Positions 55,098 to 64,000 of a stretch of 64,000 nt of DNA are shown in pieces. The translations under genes and the position numbers were made by a program. Below the pieces are notes generated by a model. That model was not told the origin of the DNA. It saw nothing but the letters and a program-made list of their open reading frames with translations, and made no database searches. Positions within the stretch are counted from its first letter, which is position 1. Each line of letters starts with the position of its first letter. This DNA is from Chloroflexota bacterium (GTDB lineage: Bacteria > Chloroflexota > Anaerolineae > Aggregatilineales > Ch27), in contig JAIOAT010000001.1 of the NCBI GenBank assembly GCA_019873685.1, positions 324,298-388,297 of the forward strand, given 5' to 3'.

Positions 55098-56308
55098 GCT
55101 CCAAATTTCTCCAGCCGTCGGGCATGAGCCAGCGCCAGCGGCATCAGATCCGTCGCCGGGAACTGCCCCAGGCCGCCTACCATACACTCCCGTTCCCCAA
55201 ACGCCTGAGCGCGATCGGGCAGAATTACTCCCGGCGCCCACAGCAGAGTCGGCACAGGATGCCAGCTATGAGCCTTGTAGCTTGCCGGTGTCGAATGATC
55301 GCCGGTAATGATCAGCACGTCGGGTTTCAGATCAAGCAGAATAGGCAGCGCCGCATCAACCCCCTCGATCACCTTCACCTTGGCATCGAAGTTCCCATCC
55401 TCGCCCCGACTATCCGTGTACTTAATGTGACAGAACACGAAGTCGTACTGATCCCAGATCTCCGCGACCTTGCGGAATTCATCTTCGGTGCTGTCATGAT
55501 CCCCTGTCTGGATCACGTCCATCCCGACCAGTTTGCTCACGCCCTTGTACATGGGATAAACCGCCACACACGCTGGCTTGAGCTTAAAGACATCCCGCAT
55601 CTTGGGCAGGTTCGGGTCCATAGCAAAGCCACGGAGCGTAAGCATGTTCGCGGGATGCTGACCCTTGAGCACTTCCCTGGCTCGGTCGATCCACTGGTTG
55701 ATCAGGTCAGCAGTGTAGGCAGCTTCCGGCTTCAATGCCTTGGCGGGCAACGGTGCCACGCCGGTAGCCTGCGGATCGGTATCACTGACCGCGGCGTTCA
55801 GCCCCTCGCCCCGCAGCACAAAGACAAAGCGGTATTCCTTCTCAACACTCAGTTCGATTTCTACACCGGGCAGCTTGATGCTACGCAGCAGCGCGATCAT
55901 CTGCTCGCCGACTTCAGTTGGGATACGCCCGGCCCGGCGATCCGTGATCAAACCGTTGGCGTCAACCGTGCAGAAATTGCCGCGTGCCGCAACATCCGTC
56001 GGCCCAAGCTCCAACCCCACGCCAAAAGCGGACAGAACCCCCCGCCCCACTTCAAACTCCACCGGGTCATAGCCAAAAAGCGCCAGATGCGCCGGGCCAC
56101 TACCCGGGGAGATTCCTCTTGCCACGGGAATACTCAGACCCACCGCCCCTTCCCGCGCCAGGCGATCCATGTTGGGCGTATGGGCTGCTTCCAGTTCAGT
56201 CGGCCCACCCTGTTCGCGCGGCAAACCGCCCAGACCATCCATGACAAGCAGCAGGATCTTCCCGCCGTTGCTCTTGGCCAAGCGACGTATCAACTCGAAA
56301 CTAGCCAT
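55094..56308 (-). CDS. apgM: Cofactor-independent phosphoglycerate mutase, archaeal type
   Basis: ILLLVMDGLGG, ...GDHSTP..., about 404 aa. ATG at 56308 after AAGGAAGG. Confidence 0.88.
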   Translation of the reverse strand: MASFELIRRLAKSNGGKILLLVMDGLGGLPREQGGPTELEAAHTPNMDRLAREGAVGLSIPVARGISPGSGPAHLALFGYDPVEFEVGRGVLSAFGVGLELGPTDVAARGNFCTVDANGLITDRRAGRIPTEVGEQMIALLRSIKLPGVEIELSVEKEYRFVFVLRGEGLNAAVSDTDPQATGVAPLPAKALKPEAAYTADLINQWIDRAREVLKGQHPANMLTLRGFAMDPNLPKMRDVFKLKPACVAVYPMYKGVSKLVGMDVIQTGDHDSTEDEFRKVAEIWDQYDFVFCHIKYTDSRGEDGNFDAKVKVIEGVDAALPILLDLKPDVLIITGDHSTPASYKAHSWHPVPTLLWAPGVILPDRAQAFGERECMVGGLGQFPATDLMPLALAHARRLEKFGA

Positions 56309-56438
56309 CGCTGCAACCTTCCTTTCCGCACAGGCATCCAGTCCTCTTTTTAACATGGCCGGGGGTCTGTCACAAGTTACCGGCAAGGTCTCCTGCTTTT
56401 AGGCAGGCCAAATCAGGACAAGAATCAGCCCGCAAGCT

Positions 56439-56468
56439 TTGACAGGCACTGCAGCCTCATGTTACTCT
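56439..56468 (+). promoter_or_regulatory. Candidate promoter of the yvcK-gap-pgk-tpiA cluster
   Basis: TTGACA (56439-56444), 18-nt spacer, TACTCT (56463-56468). Confidence 0.4.
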
Positions 56469-56513
56469 ACACTCTGGATTGTCTGCGGTCATTGACAGGG
56501 TTTCGCTGGCGCT

Positions 56514-57815
56514 ATGCACAGCAGATTCAGGGATGTCAGGTATCGGCTACTCCCCTTGCTCGAACGGCCACGCTGGCTGTTCCTGCTTGGAATAGGGGTG
56601 ATCTTCCTGATCATCGCGCTGGCAGAGCCGCTTGGTGCGCTCTACCAGGCGCAGCCAGTAACTGACATCATCACGGTAGTTCTGCTAAGACCACTACCTG
56701 CTGCGCTCCGTCTGATACTGGCCGGCACGATTGGGATTGTCATGCTGGGAGCAGCGATTGTAGCACTGCGGCATACCATGGAGTCGGCGGTCTTGCAGCC
56801 ACAGACACGCGTGGAACTGATCAGAGATCGTGACTATGCAGCACGCGAACTGAAGGTAGTGGCCATCGGCGGCGGAACAGGGTTACCTAGCGTGCTCAGA
56901 GGCATGAAACACCTGACCGGCAATCTTACCGCCATCGTTACAGTAGCCGATAATGGGGGGAGTTCGGGACGGATTCGCCGCGCGATGGGCATCCTGCCGC
57001 CGGGCGACCTGCGCAATAACATTGCGGCGCTGGCCAACGATGAAGACCTGATGACGCAACTCTTTCAGTACCGCTTCAGTTCAGGCGATCTGGACGGCCA
57101 TAGCTTCGGCAACCTCTTCATCACTGCACTGTCCGACATTACCGGCAGCATGGAACAGGCCCTGCAGGAGACTGAGCGCGTATTGGCTGTACAGGGGAGT
57201 GTCCTGCCCGCGACCCTGGATGACATCACCTTGTGTGGCGAGATCTGGCATCCGCAGGATAACACCCTGCACCAGATTACTGGCGAATCCCAGATCACCG
57301 AACTCGGCGGGCGCATCGAGCGGGTCTACCTGGAGCCACCCCACGCCCGTGCCTATCCGAAGAGTGTGCAGGCCATCCTTGCCGCTGATCTCGTCGTCAT
57401 TGGGCCGGGCAGTCTGTTTACCAGCATTCTGCCTACCCTTCTGATCAATGGGATCGCTGAGGCAATCCGGGCCAGCAATGCGCTGTGTGTGTACGTCTGC
57501 AATGTCGCAACCCAGCCTGGCGAAACCGACGGCTTTACGGTTGCCGAACATGTGCTGGCGCTGGAAAAGCACGTTGGGCCGCGTTTGTTCCAGCTGATCG
57601 TAGCTAACAACCACTTCCCGCGGGAAAATGCAGGCGAGAACACGCATTACGTGTTACCAGCAGACGCCCACCACGAAATCGCCCATCGCTACGATATTGT
57701 CTATGCGGACCTTACCGACACGCTCTATCCCTGGCGGCACGATCCAGCCAAGCTGGCCCATGTACTTTCCACCGCTTATGCCAACTACCAGGCCACCCGG
57801 CAACGAGTAGCCTGA
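56514..57815 (+). CDS. yvcK: YvcK/CofD-family gluconeogenesis factor with an N-terminal two-TM extension
   Basis: KVVAIGGGTGLPSVLRGMKHLTGNLTAIVTVADNGGSSGRIRR core. The first roughly 110 aa contain two hydrophobic helices. Confidence 0.88.
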   Translation: MHSRFRDVRYRLLPLLERPRWLFLLGIGVIFLIIALAEPLGALYQAQPVTDIITVVLLRPLPAALRLILAGTIGIVMLGAAIVALRHTMESAVLQPQTRVELIRDRDYAARELKVVAIGGGTGLPSVLRGMKHLTGNLTAIVTVADNGGSSGRIRRAMGILPPGDLRNNIAALANDEDLMTQLFQYRFSSGDLDGHSFGNLFITALSDITGSMEQALQETERVLAVQGSVLPATLDDITLCGEIWHPQDNTLHQITGESQITELGGRIERVYLEPPHARAYPKSVQAILAADLVVIGPGSLFTSILPTLLINGIAEAIRASNALCVYVCNVATQPGETDGFTVAEHVLALEKHVGPRLFQLIVANNHFPRENAGENTHYVLPADAHHEIAHRYDIVYADLTDTLYPWRHDPAKLAHVLSTAYANYQATRQRVA

Positions 57816-57864
57816 TAATTGGAGCCTTGTGAAACGGTCGCAGGCTGTTTACCGGAGTTGGTAA

Positions 57865-58908
<1,044 letters not shown>

Positions 58909-58927
58909 CTGGCGTGCCTGCGGTTTG

Positions 58928-58964
58928 ACAGGGGCGGGGCCAAAGCCCCGCCCCACCCTGTAAG
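58928..58964 (+). repeat. GC-rich hairpin element in the gap-pgk spacer
   Basis: GGGGCGGGGC-CAAA-GCCCCGCCCC perfect 10-bp stem (58931-58954), flanked by ACAGGGG...CCCTGTAAG. Confidence 0.7.
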
Positions 58965-58984
58965 CTACATAAGGGGATTTCGAC

Positions 58985-60178
58985 ATGAACAAGAAGACTA
59001 TCCGCGATGTCGACCTGAAGGGCAAGCGCGTTCTCGTACGGGTTGATTTCAACGTCCCGCTTCAGGACGGCGAAGTCACCGATGATACGCGCATCCGTGC
59101 GGCCATCCCCACCCTGAAATACATCCTCGATCAGAAGCCGCGTTCCGTGATTCTGATGTCGCACCTGGGCCGACCCAAGGATGCTCCCGATCCTGCCTAC
59201 ACCCTGCGCCCGGTGGTTCCGGTTCTCAGCAAGTTGCTGGGCGTTCAGGCGTTCTTCGCCGAAGATTGCGTCGGGCCAAAGGCCATCGAGGCTGCTAATG
59301 CTCTGCCGGAAGGCGGCGTGCTCATGCTGGAGAACACCCGCTTTCACGTCGAGGAAAAGAAGAATAACCTTGACTTCGCCAAAGAGCTGGCCAAACTTGG
59401 CGATGTCTACGTCAATGATGCCTTTGGCAGCGCCCACCGCGCCCATGCCTCAACTGAAGGCGTGACCCATTTCCTGCCCGCCGTTGCCGGCTTCCTGCTG
59501 GAAAAGGAAATCGAGTTCCTCAGCAATGCCATCGCCAACCCGGTTCGGCCTTTTGTTGCCATTCTCGGCGGGGCCAAGGTGGGCGATAAGATCGGTGTCA
59601 TCGAGGCGCTGCTGGGCAAAGTCGACACACTGATCATCGGCGGCGGGATGGCCAACACCTTCCGCAAGGCGCAGGGCTACCCGATGGGCAAGTCGCTCGT
59701 CGACGAAGAGGCGCTTGACCTGGCCAAGGGGCTGCTGGCGAAGGGCGGCGCCAAACTCCGCTTCCCGGTGGACGTCGTTGTAGCCGACGCTTTCGACAAC
59801 AACGCCAACACCAGAATCATCAAGATCGAAGAGGAAGGCGGCGTGCCAGAGGGCTGGGAAGTGCTGGACATCGGCCCCGAATCGATCAAGAACTTCGAGC
59901 AGATTCTGCGCACCGCCAAGACTGTCGTCTGGAACGGCCCGGTAGGCGTCTTCGAGATGGAGAACTTTGCCCGCGGCACGCGTGAGATCGCGCGCATCCT
60001 CAGCGAGATCACCGCAACCGGCGCCAAGACGATCATCGGCGGCGGCGACTCTGCCGCGGCTGTTGCCCAGGCCGGTTACGAAGACCGCATGACCCACATC
60101 TCAACCGGTGGCGGCGCCAGCCTGGAGATGCTGGAAGGTAAGGTTCTACCCGGCGTTGCCGCGCTGCTGGACCGCTAA
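58985..60178 (+). CDS. pgk: Phosphoglycerate kinase
   Basis: [10 protein letters not shown], and GGGDSAAAV near the C-terminus. Confidence 0.97.
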   Translation: MNKKTIRDVDLKGKRVLVRVDFNVPLQDGEVTDDTRIRAAIPTLKYILDQKPRSVILMSHLGRPKDAPDPAYTLRPVVPVLSKLLGVQAFFAEDCVGPKAIEAANALPEGGVLMLENTRFHVEEKKNNLDFAKELAKLGDVYVNDAFGSAHRAHASTEGVTHFLPAVAGFLLEKEIEFLSNAIANPVRPFVAILGGAKVGDKIGVIEALLGKVDTLIIGGGMANTFRKAQGYPMGKSLVDEEALDLAKGLLAKGGAKLRFPVDVVVADAFDNNANTRIIKIEEEGGVPEGWEVLDIGPESIKNFEQILRTAKTVVWNGPVGVFEMENFARGTREIARILSEITATGAKTIIGGGDSAAAVAQAGYEDRMTHISTGGGASLEMLEGKVLPGVAALLDR

Positions 60179-60188
60179 CAAAAAGCAA

Positions 60189-60233
60189 CTTACAGGGGCC
60201 AGCGTGACCATGCTCATGCACGGCCCCTGTAAG
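60189..60233 (+). repeat. Hairpin element in the pgk-tpiA spacer
   Basis: Perfect 12-bp arms CTTACAGGGGCC / GGCCCCTGTAAG with a 21-nt loop. Shares the CCCTGTAAG arm with the gap-pgk element. Confidence 0.7.
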
Positions 60234-60400
60234 CCATCAGGGCTGCCTGTACAGGCGATCCGCCTAGCTGGTGCCAGCACAAAGCCGACACCGGTCAATG
60301 CCCTACCGCCGCAACCATCCCACATCAGGCGTCAGGGTCTTCTGCCCTCAGGCGCCAGTTCCATAAGCTATCCTGAAATCGTATAAGGAGTTACAGGAGC

Positions 60401-61168
60401 ATGCGTATTCCGATCATTGCGGGCAACTGGAAGATGTACAAAACCCCCGCTGAAGCTGAAGCGTTTGTGCGGGAGCTTGCGCCAAAGCTGGCGCCGTATA
60501 CCAACGTGGAGCGGGTAGTTTGCCCACCCTATCTGGCGATCCCCGCCGTGCGGTCTGCCCTGCAGGGCACAGCCATCAAGGTTGGCGCTCAGGATGTGCA
60601 TTGGGAGAACGAAGGAGCATACACAGGTCGGGTGTCGCCGCTGATGCTCAAGGGCTGGGTGGAGTATGTCATCATCGGTCACTCGGAATGCCGGCGCGAT
60701 CTTGGCGACACCGACGAAACCGTCAACAAGAAGGTGAAGGCTGCCCTCGCTCACGGCCTGACCCCAATCATCGCCTGCGGTGAAAGCCTCCAGCAAAACG
60801 AAGCCGGAGAAACAAGAGCCTTCGTAAGCCAGCAAATCCGCGGCGCTTACGCTGGTCTCAGCGCTGAGCAGGCCCTCAAGACCGTGGTCGCCTATGAGCC
60901 AATCTGGGCTATCGGCACTGGCCGCAATGCCACCGCCACCCAGGCCAACGACATCATTGGCGGCGTCGTCCGCAGGACACTGGCCGACCTTTACGGGAAC
61001 GAGGTAGCCCGGCAGATTCGTATTCAGTACGGTGGGAGCGTCAAGCCAGATAACATGGCTGAGTATATTGCCCAGTCAGATATTGACGGCGCTCTGGTGG
61101 GCGGCGCTTCACTCAAAGTAGACTCGTTTGTTGAGCTGGTCCGCATCACAGCGGAGACCGTCAAGTAG
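60401..61168 (+). CDS. tpiA: Triosephosphate isomerase
   Basis: IAGNWKM, AYEPIWAIGTG, YGGSV. Confidence 0.97.
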   Translation: MRIPIIAGNWKMYKTPAEAEAFVRELAPKLAPYTNVERVVCPPYLAIPAVRSALQGTAIKVGAQDVHWENEGAYTGRVSPLMLKGWVEYVIIGHSECRRDLGDTDETVNKKVKAALAHGLTPIIACGESLQQNEAGETRAFVSQQIRGAYAGLSAEQALKTVVAYEPIWAIGTGRNATATQANDIIGGVVRRTLADLYGNEVARQIRIQYGGSVKPDNMAEYIAQSDIDGALVGGASLKVDSFVELVRITAETVK

Positions 61169-61183
61169 CGCGGCAGCCGCCCC

Positions 61184-62368
61184 ATGCCACACCTGGATTT
61201 GCTGAAACCCTGGCTGACCTTTGTCGTCATCCTTCTGCCCCTCCTGCATCTGGAGCGCTGGATTCATCGACATCTGTACGGCGTGGGGTGGCTGCTCACT
61301 CAGGACAAAGAACGCGCCACCGTTCTGTACTACCTCATTCTGCTGCCCGGCGTTTTCCTGCACGAGTTCACCCAGTGGCTTGTCGCCGGAGCGTTCAAAC
61401 TCAAACTCGGTAAGATCAGGGTCTGGCCCAGACCACAGGCTGACGGCGCCCTGCGACTCGACTTCGTGCGTCTCAGCCGCAACACTGGCCGCGCGGGCCG
61501 GGCAGTGTTCGAGTTCGCTCCTATCGCCGCGGCTATCGGTGTCGTGCTCTTCATCAGCCACAACATTTTCAACGTAGGTGGGCTTTCGATCGCGCTATCG
61601 ACTGGTGAGTTGCCGATCATCCAGGCGGAGATTGGGCGGCTACTAGGCACGCCGGACTTCTGGTTGTGGCTATATCTGCTCTTTACCGTGGGCAACGCGA
61701 TGTTGCCCACCACACCGGCTGAGGAACAGGATTGGCCGGTCAGGGCAGCGGTCTTTGCTGGCATAACAGCTTTGCTCATCGCCGTCGCCTTCCTGGGGGA
61801 GAGCGTCCAGGCGACTCTGGAGCCAATTCTGCGCGGCGGCCTGGATACCCTGGCCACGGCGTTTGGCACGATCCTTGTGCTGGATACTCTCGTCGTGCTG
61901 GCGCTGATGATAGCGGAGAGACTGCTGGAACGACTCACCGGCCGACGAGCCAACTATCCCCGGCCCCGTCGGGAACGCCCCACCCAACCGGAGCCTGGCG
62001 GCGAAACGCCGCTTCCGGCCAGCGAAGCGCCAGAGCGCGTTACCGAGCGCCGTCTGCCTATTCCCCCTCCCCCCGACAACGAGCAACGCGCCGTTCTCCT
62101 CCCCCAGGCAGACTCCCCTGCCCTCCCCCAACCGGGGGCGTTTATGACGTCCGCCGAAGATTCGCCGGGTGATCGCGATTATCGTCCTGCGCGTCGAAGT
62201 TCTTTCAACGCGCCTGACACAGAAGCTGACGTACTACCAGCAGAGCCAGAGTACAACCAGGCGCTAGAGGACGAGCCAGCCGAAGATTCAGCGACCATAG
62301 CGTCAGAACCACCGGACTACACCGGAGACGATGAGCTGTATTACGAAGATCTTGAGGATATCCCCTGA
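61184..62368 (+). CDS. Polytopic membrane protein with a Pro/acidic-rich C-terminal tail
   Basis: Several TM helices, HEFTQ where metalloproteases carry HExxH, then about 150 aa of disordered P/E/D-rich tail. Starts 15 nt after tpiA. Confidence 0.6.
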   Translation: MPHLDLLKPWLTFVVILLPLLHLERWIHRHLYGVGWLLTQDKERATVLYYLILLPGVFLHEFTQWLVAGAFKLKLGKIRVWPRPQADGALRLDFVRLSRNTGRAGRAVFEFAPIAAAIGVVLFISHNIFNVGGLSIALSTGELPIIQAEIGRLLGTPDFWLWLYLLFTVGNAMLPTTPAEEQDWPVRAAVFAGITALLIAVAFLGESVQATLEPILRGGLDTLATAFGTILVLDTLVVLALMIAERLLERLTGRRANYPRPRRERPTQPEPGGETPLPASEAPERVTERRLPIPPPPDNEQRAVLLPQADSPALPQPGAFMTSAEDSPGDRDYRPARRSSFNAPDTEADVLPAEPEYNQALEDEPAEDSATIASEPPDYTGDDELYYEDLEDIP

Positions 62369-62378
62369 GCCGTAACGT

Positions 62379-63440
62379 TCACGACTCCGTCGATTGCCGG
62401 GAACGCCGCGTCAGCATCAGAAACCCTACGCTGACCAGTAGCGCCATCACCACCAGCGCCACAAACTTGAAGAAACGGCTGGTCGTTACCAGCGCCAGAC
62501 CACCGAAAAATGCGCAGAAAGCGTAATACCCCAGCACAATCACACGAGGGTTGAGACCCGCATCAATCAGGCGGAAATGGAGATGCCCGCGATCCCCTAG
62601 CCCCGGATTCCTGCCCTTCACCACACGATTCACAATCTGCCACGCCACGTCAAGCAGGGGCAGCCCCATCACCAGCAGGATCGTTGCTACTTTAGCCCCA
62701 CCAATGATACTCAACGCCCCGACCGTATAGCCCAGGAAAAACGCCCCGTTAGACCCCATAAAGACTTTGGCCGGTGGAAAGTTAAAGACCAGGAATCCTG
62801 CTACACTGCCCATCAAGGCCAGCGGCAGAAGACTCACGCTTAGCTGCGGCGGGTCGAGTCTGAATACCGAGTTAGCAAAGAGCACCAGCGCCGCGATGAA
62901 CACCACCCCGCCTGCCAGACCGTCCACGCCATCCAGCCAGTTGACAGTGTTCATCATCAGGCCGAGCCAGAACAGGCTCAGCGTAACGGTCACCCAGAAG
63001 GGCCAGGGATCGGTCTGCTGGCCCGTGAACGGGTTATTGAACGTCTCGATGAAAATCCGGAAGAATACCGCGATGGCTGCCGCAGTAAGCTGGGCGAAAT
63101 ACTGCGGCAATGGGCCAAATTCAAAGAGATCGTCAAGCAACCCGAAGACAAAGATGAACAGCCCACCCAGCAACAAGCCGGCCAGCCGGATCCACTCCCA
63201 GGAGTCAAACCGTGGGACTGGCAAAACCTGAGCTAGAACAACCACCAGCGTGAAACTAACATACAGCGAGAGGCCGCCTAGCTTCGGTGTGGGCCGACGA
63301 TGCTGGTGTCGCCCGCGTGGTCGATCGACAATGTTCCACCGGAACGACAGCCACTTGGCCAAAGGCACTACCGCCACTGACAGGACAAAGGCGCACACAA
63401 AGACAACACAGGCGACAATCACATAGGTCCTGTCGGGCAC
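62379..63440 (-). CDS. WecA/TagO/MraY-family polyprenyl-phosphate N-acetylhexosamine-1-phosphate transferase
   Basis: NTVNWLDGVDGLAGG motif and an 10-11 TM layout. Confidence 0.88.
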   Translation of the reverse strand: MPDRTYVIVACVVFVCAFVLSVAVVPLAKWLSFRWNIVDRPRGRHQHRRPTPKLGGLSLYVSFTLVVVLAQVLPVPRFDSWEWIRLAGLLLGGLFIFVFGLLDDLFEFGPLPQYFAQLTAAAIAVFFRIFIETFNNPFTGQQTDPWPFWVTVTLSLFWLGLMMNTVNWLDGVDGLAGGVVFIAALVLFANSVFRLDPPQLSVSLLPLALMGSVAGFLVFNFPPAKVFMGSNGAFFLGYTVGALSIIGGAKVATILLVMGLPLLDVAWQIVNRVVKGRNPGLGDRGHLHFRLIDAGLNPRVIVLGYYAFCAFFGGLALVTTSRFFKFVALVVMALLVSVGFLMLTRRSRQSTES

Positions 63441-63494
63441 GTTGTTCCCCCCTGATCCAGAAAACTCCTGCGCCTCGGGCTACAGACCCTCCCC

Positions 63495-64000
63495 TCAGGC
63501 TGTTCCAAACTGGCGGTCGCCGGCATCGCCAAGGCCCGGCACAATGAAGCCCACCTCATTGAGATGATCATCCACAGCAGCCACATGGATCGGAACATCC
63601 GGGTGGCGTTCTGATAGGTGAGCAATCCCCTCTGGCGCGGCAATCAGCCCCACGAACTTGATACGCCGCACGCCCCAGTTCTTCAGCACATCAACCGCTG
63701 CCGAAGCTGATCCGCCGGTTGCCAGCATCGGATCAAGTACGAGGCAAAGCTGCACGGTTGGCTCCACCGGGAGTCTGTTGTAGTACTCAACAGGACGTAG
63801 GGTCTTCTCATCGCGATAGATGCCCAGGTGCCACACCTGAGCGCCCGGAACCATCTCCCACACACCATCCACCATACCCAGGCCAGCCCGCAGGATCGGC
63901 ACCAGGCCAACATCCTCCTGCACGGCATATCCCGTGGTCTCCGCCAGCGGTGTCCGGACCGTTCTCGTCACCAGCGTGAGATCGCGCGTTGCTTCGTAGC
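63495..64000 (-). CDS. upp: Uracil phosphoribosyltransferase (5' end outside window)
   Basis: PRPP motif [13 protein letters not shown] and [12 protein letters not shown]. The frame stays open to the window edge (...YEATRDLTL upstream of the tracked start). Confidence 0.92.
   Translation of the reverse strand, partial: YEATRDLTLVTRTVRTPLAETTGYAVQEDVGLVPILRAGLGMVDGVWEMVPGAQVWHLGIYRDEKTLRPVEYYNRLPVEPTVQLCLVLDPMLATGGSASAAVDVLKNWGVRRIKFVGLIAAPEGIAHLSERHPDVPIHVAAVDDHLNEVGFIVPGLGDAGDRQFGTA

Noticed and set aside
55124-56353. 409-aa ORF antisense to apgM
   Set aside because: The minus strand encodes a clear cofactor-independent phosphoglycerate mutase. The plus ORF is R/Q/H/P-rich with no recognisable domain.

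Overview
GC-rich, very tightly packed chromosomal segment. Gene content, PT-rich linkers and T-box use suggest a Chloroflexota-like bacterium, but that is inference only. I support about 55 CDS. Most are housekeeping: an S41 peptidase, smpB, valS, udk, mutL, purH, a Met/Thr block (CGS-like gene, thrC, thrB), yajC-secD-secF, the primary sigma factor, an archaeal-type aspS, apgM/yvcK/gap/pgk/tpiA, a WecA-like transferase and upp. There are two tRNAs (Thr-CGU, Cys-GCA) and three recognisable leader RNAs: a T-box before valS, SAM-I before the CGS-like gene, and a T-box before aspS. I saw no rRNA, CRISPR, transposase, integrase, reverse transcriptase or recognisable defence genes. The best candidate for an undescribed system is a four-gene minus-strand operon at 38.2-42.5 kb: DUF2207, a TM/winged-helix/Zn-ribbon protein, an unrecognisable 177-aa helical protein, and a YdjI-like SPFH+SHOCT protein. 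It resembles PspA/LemA-type membrane-stress modules but has neither PspA nor LemA. Other items worth a second look: (1) the aspS T-box, whose specifier register reads AAC (Asn), not an Asp codon; (2) an attenuator-like leader before the primary sigma gene, which is followed directly by a LiaF/toastrack gene; (3) a MoxR-DUF58 operon extended by two membrane genes that sit in a sharply G+T-skewed patch ending mid-gene; (4) a shared hairpin family in the gap-pgk-tpiA spacers; (5) an orphan REC-CpaE/TadZ-like protein next to a Sir2 plus GAF-kinase pair. All functional calls come from motif recognition by eye; no database search was run.
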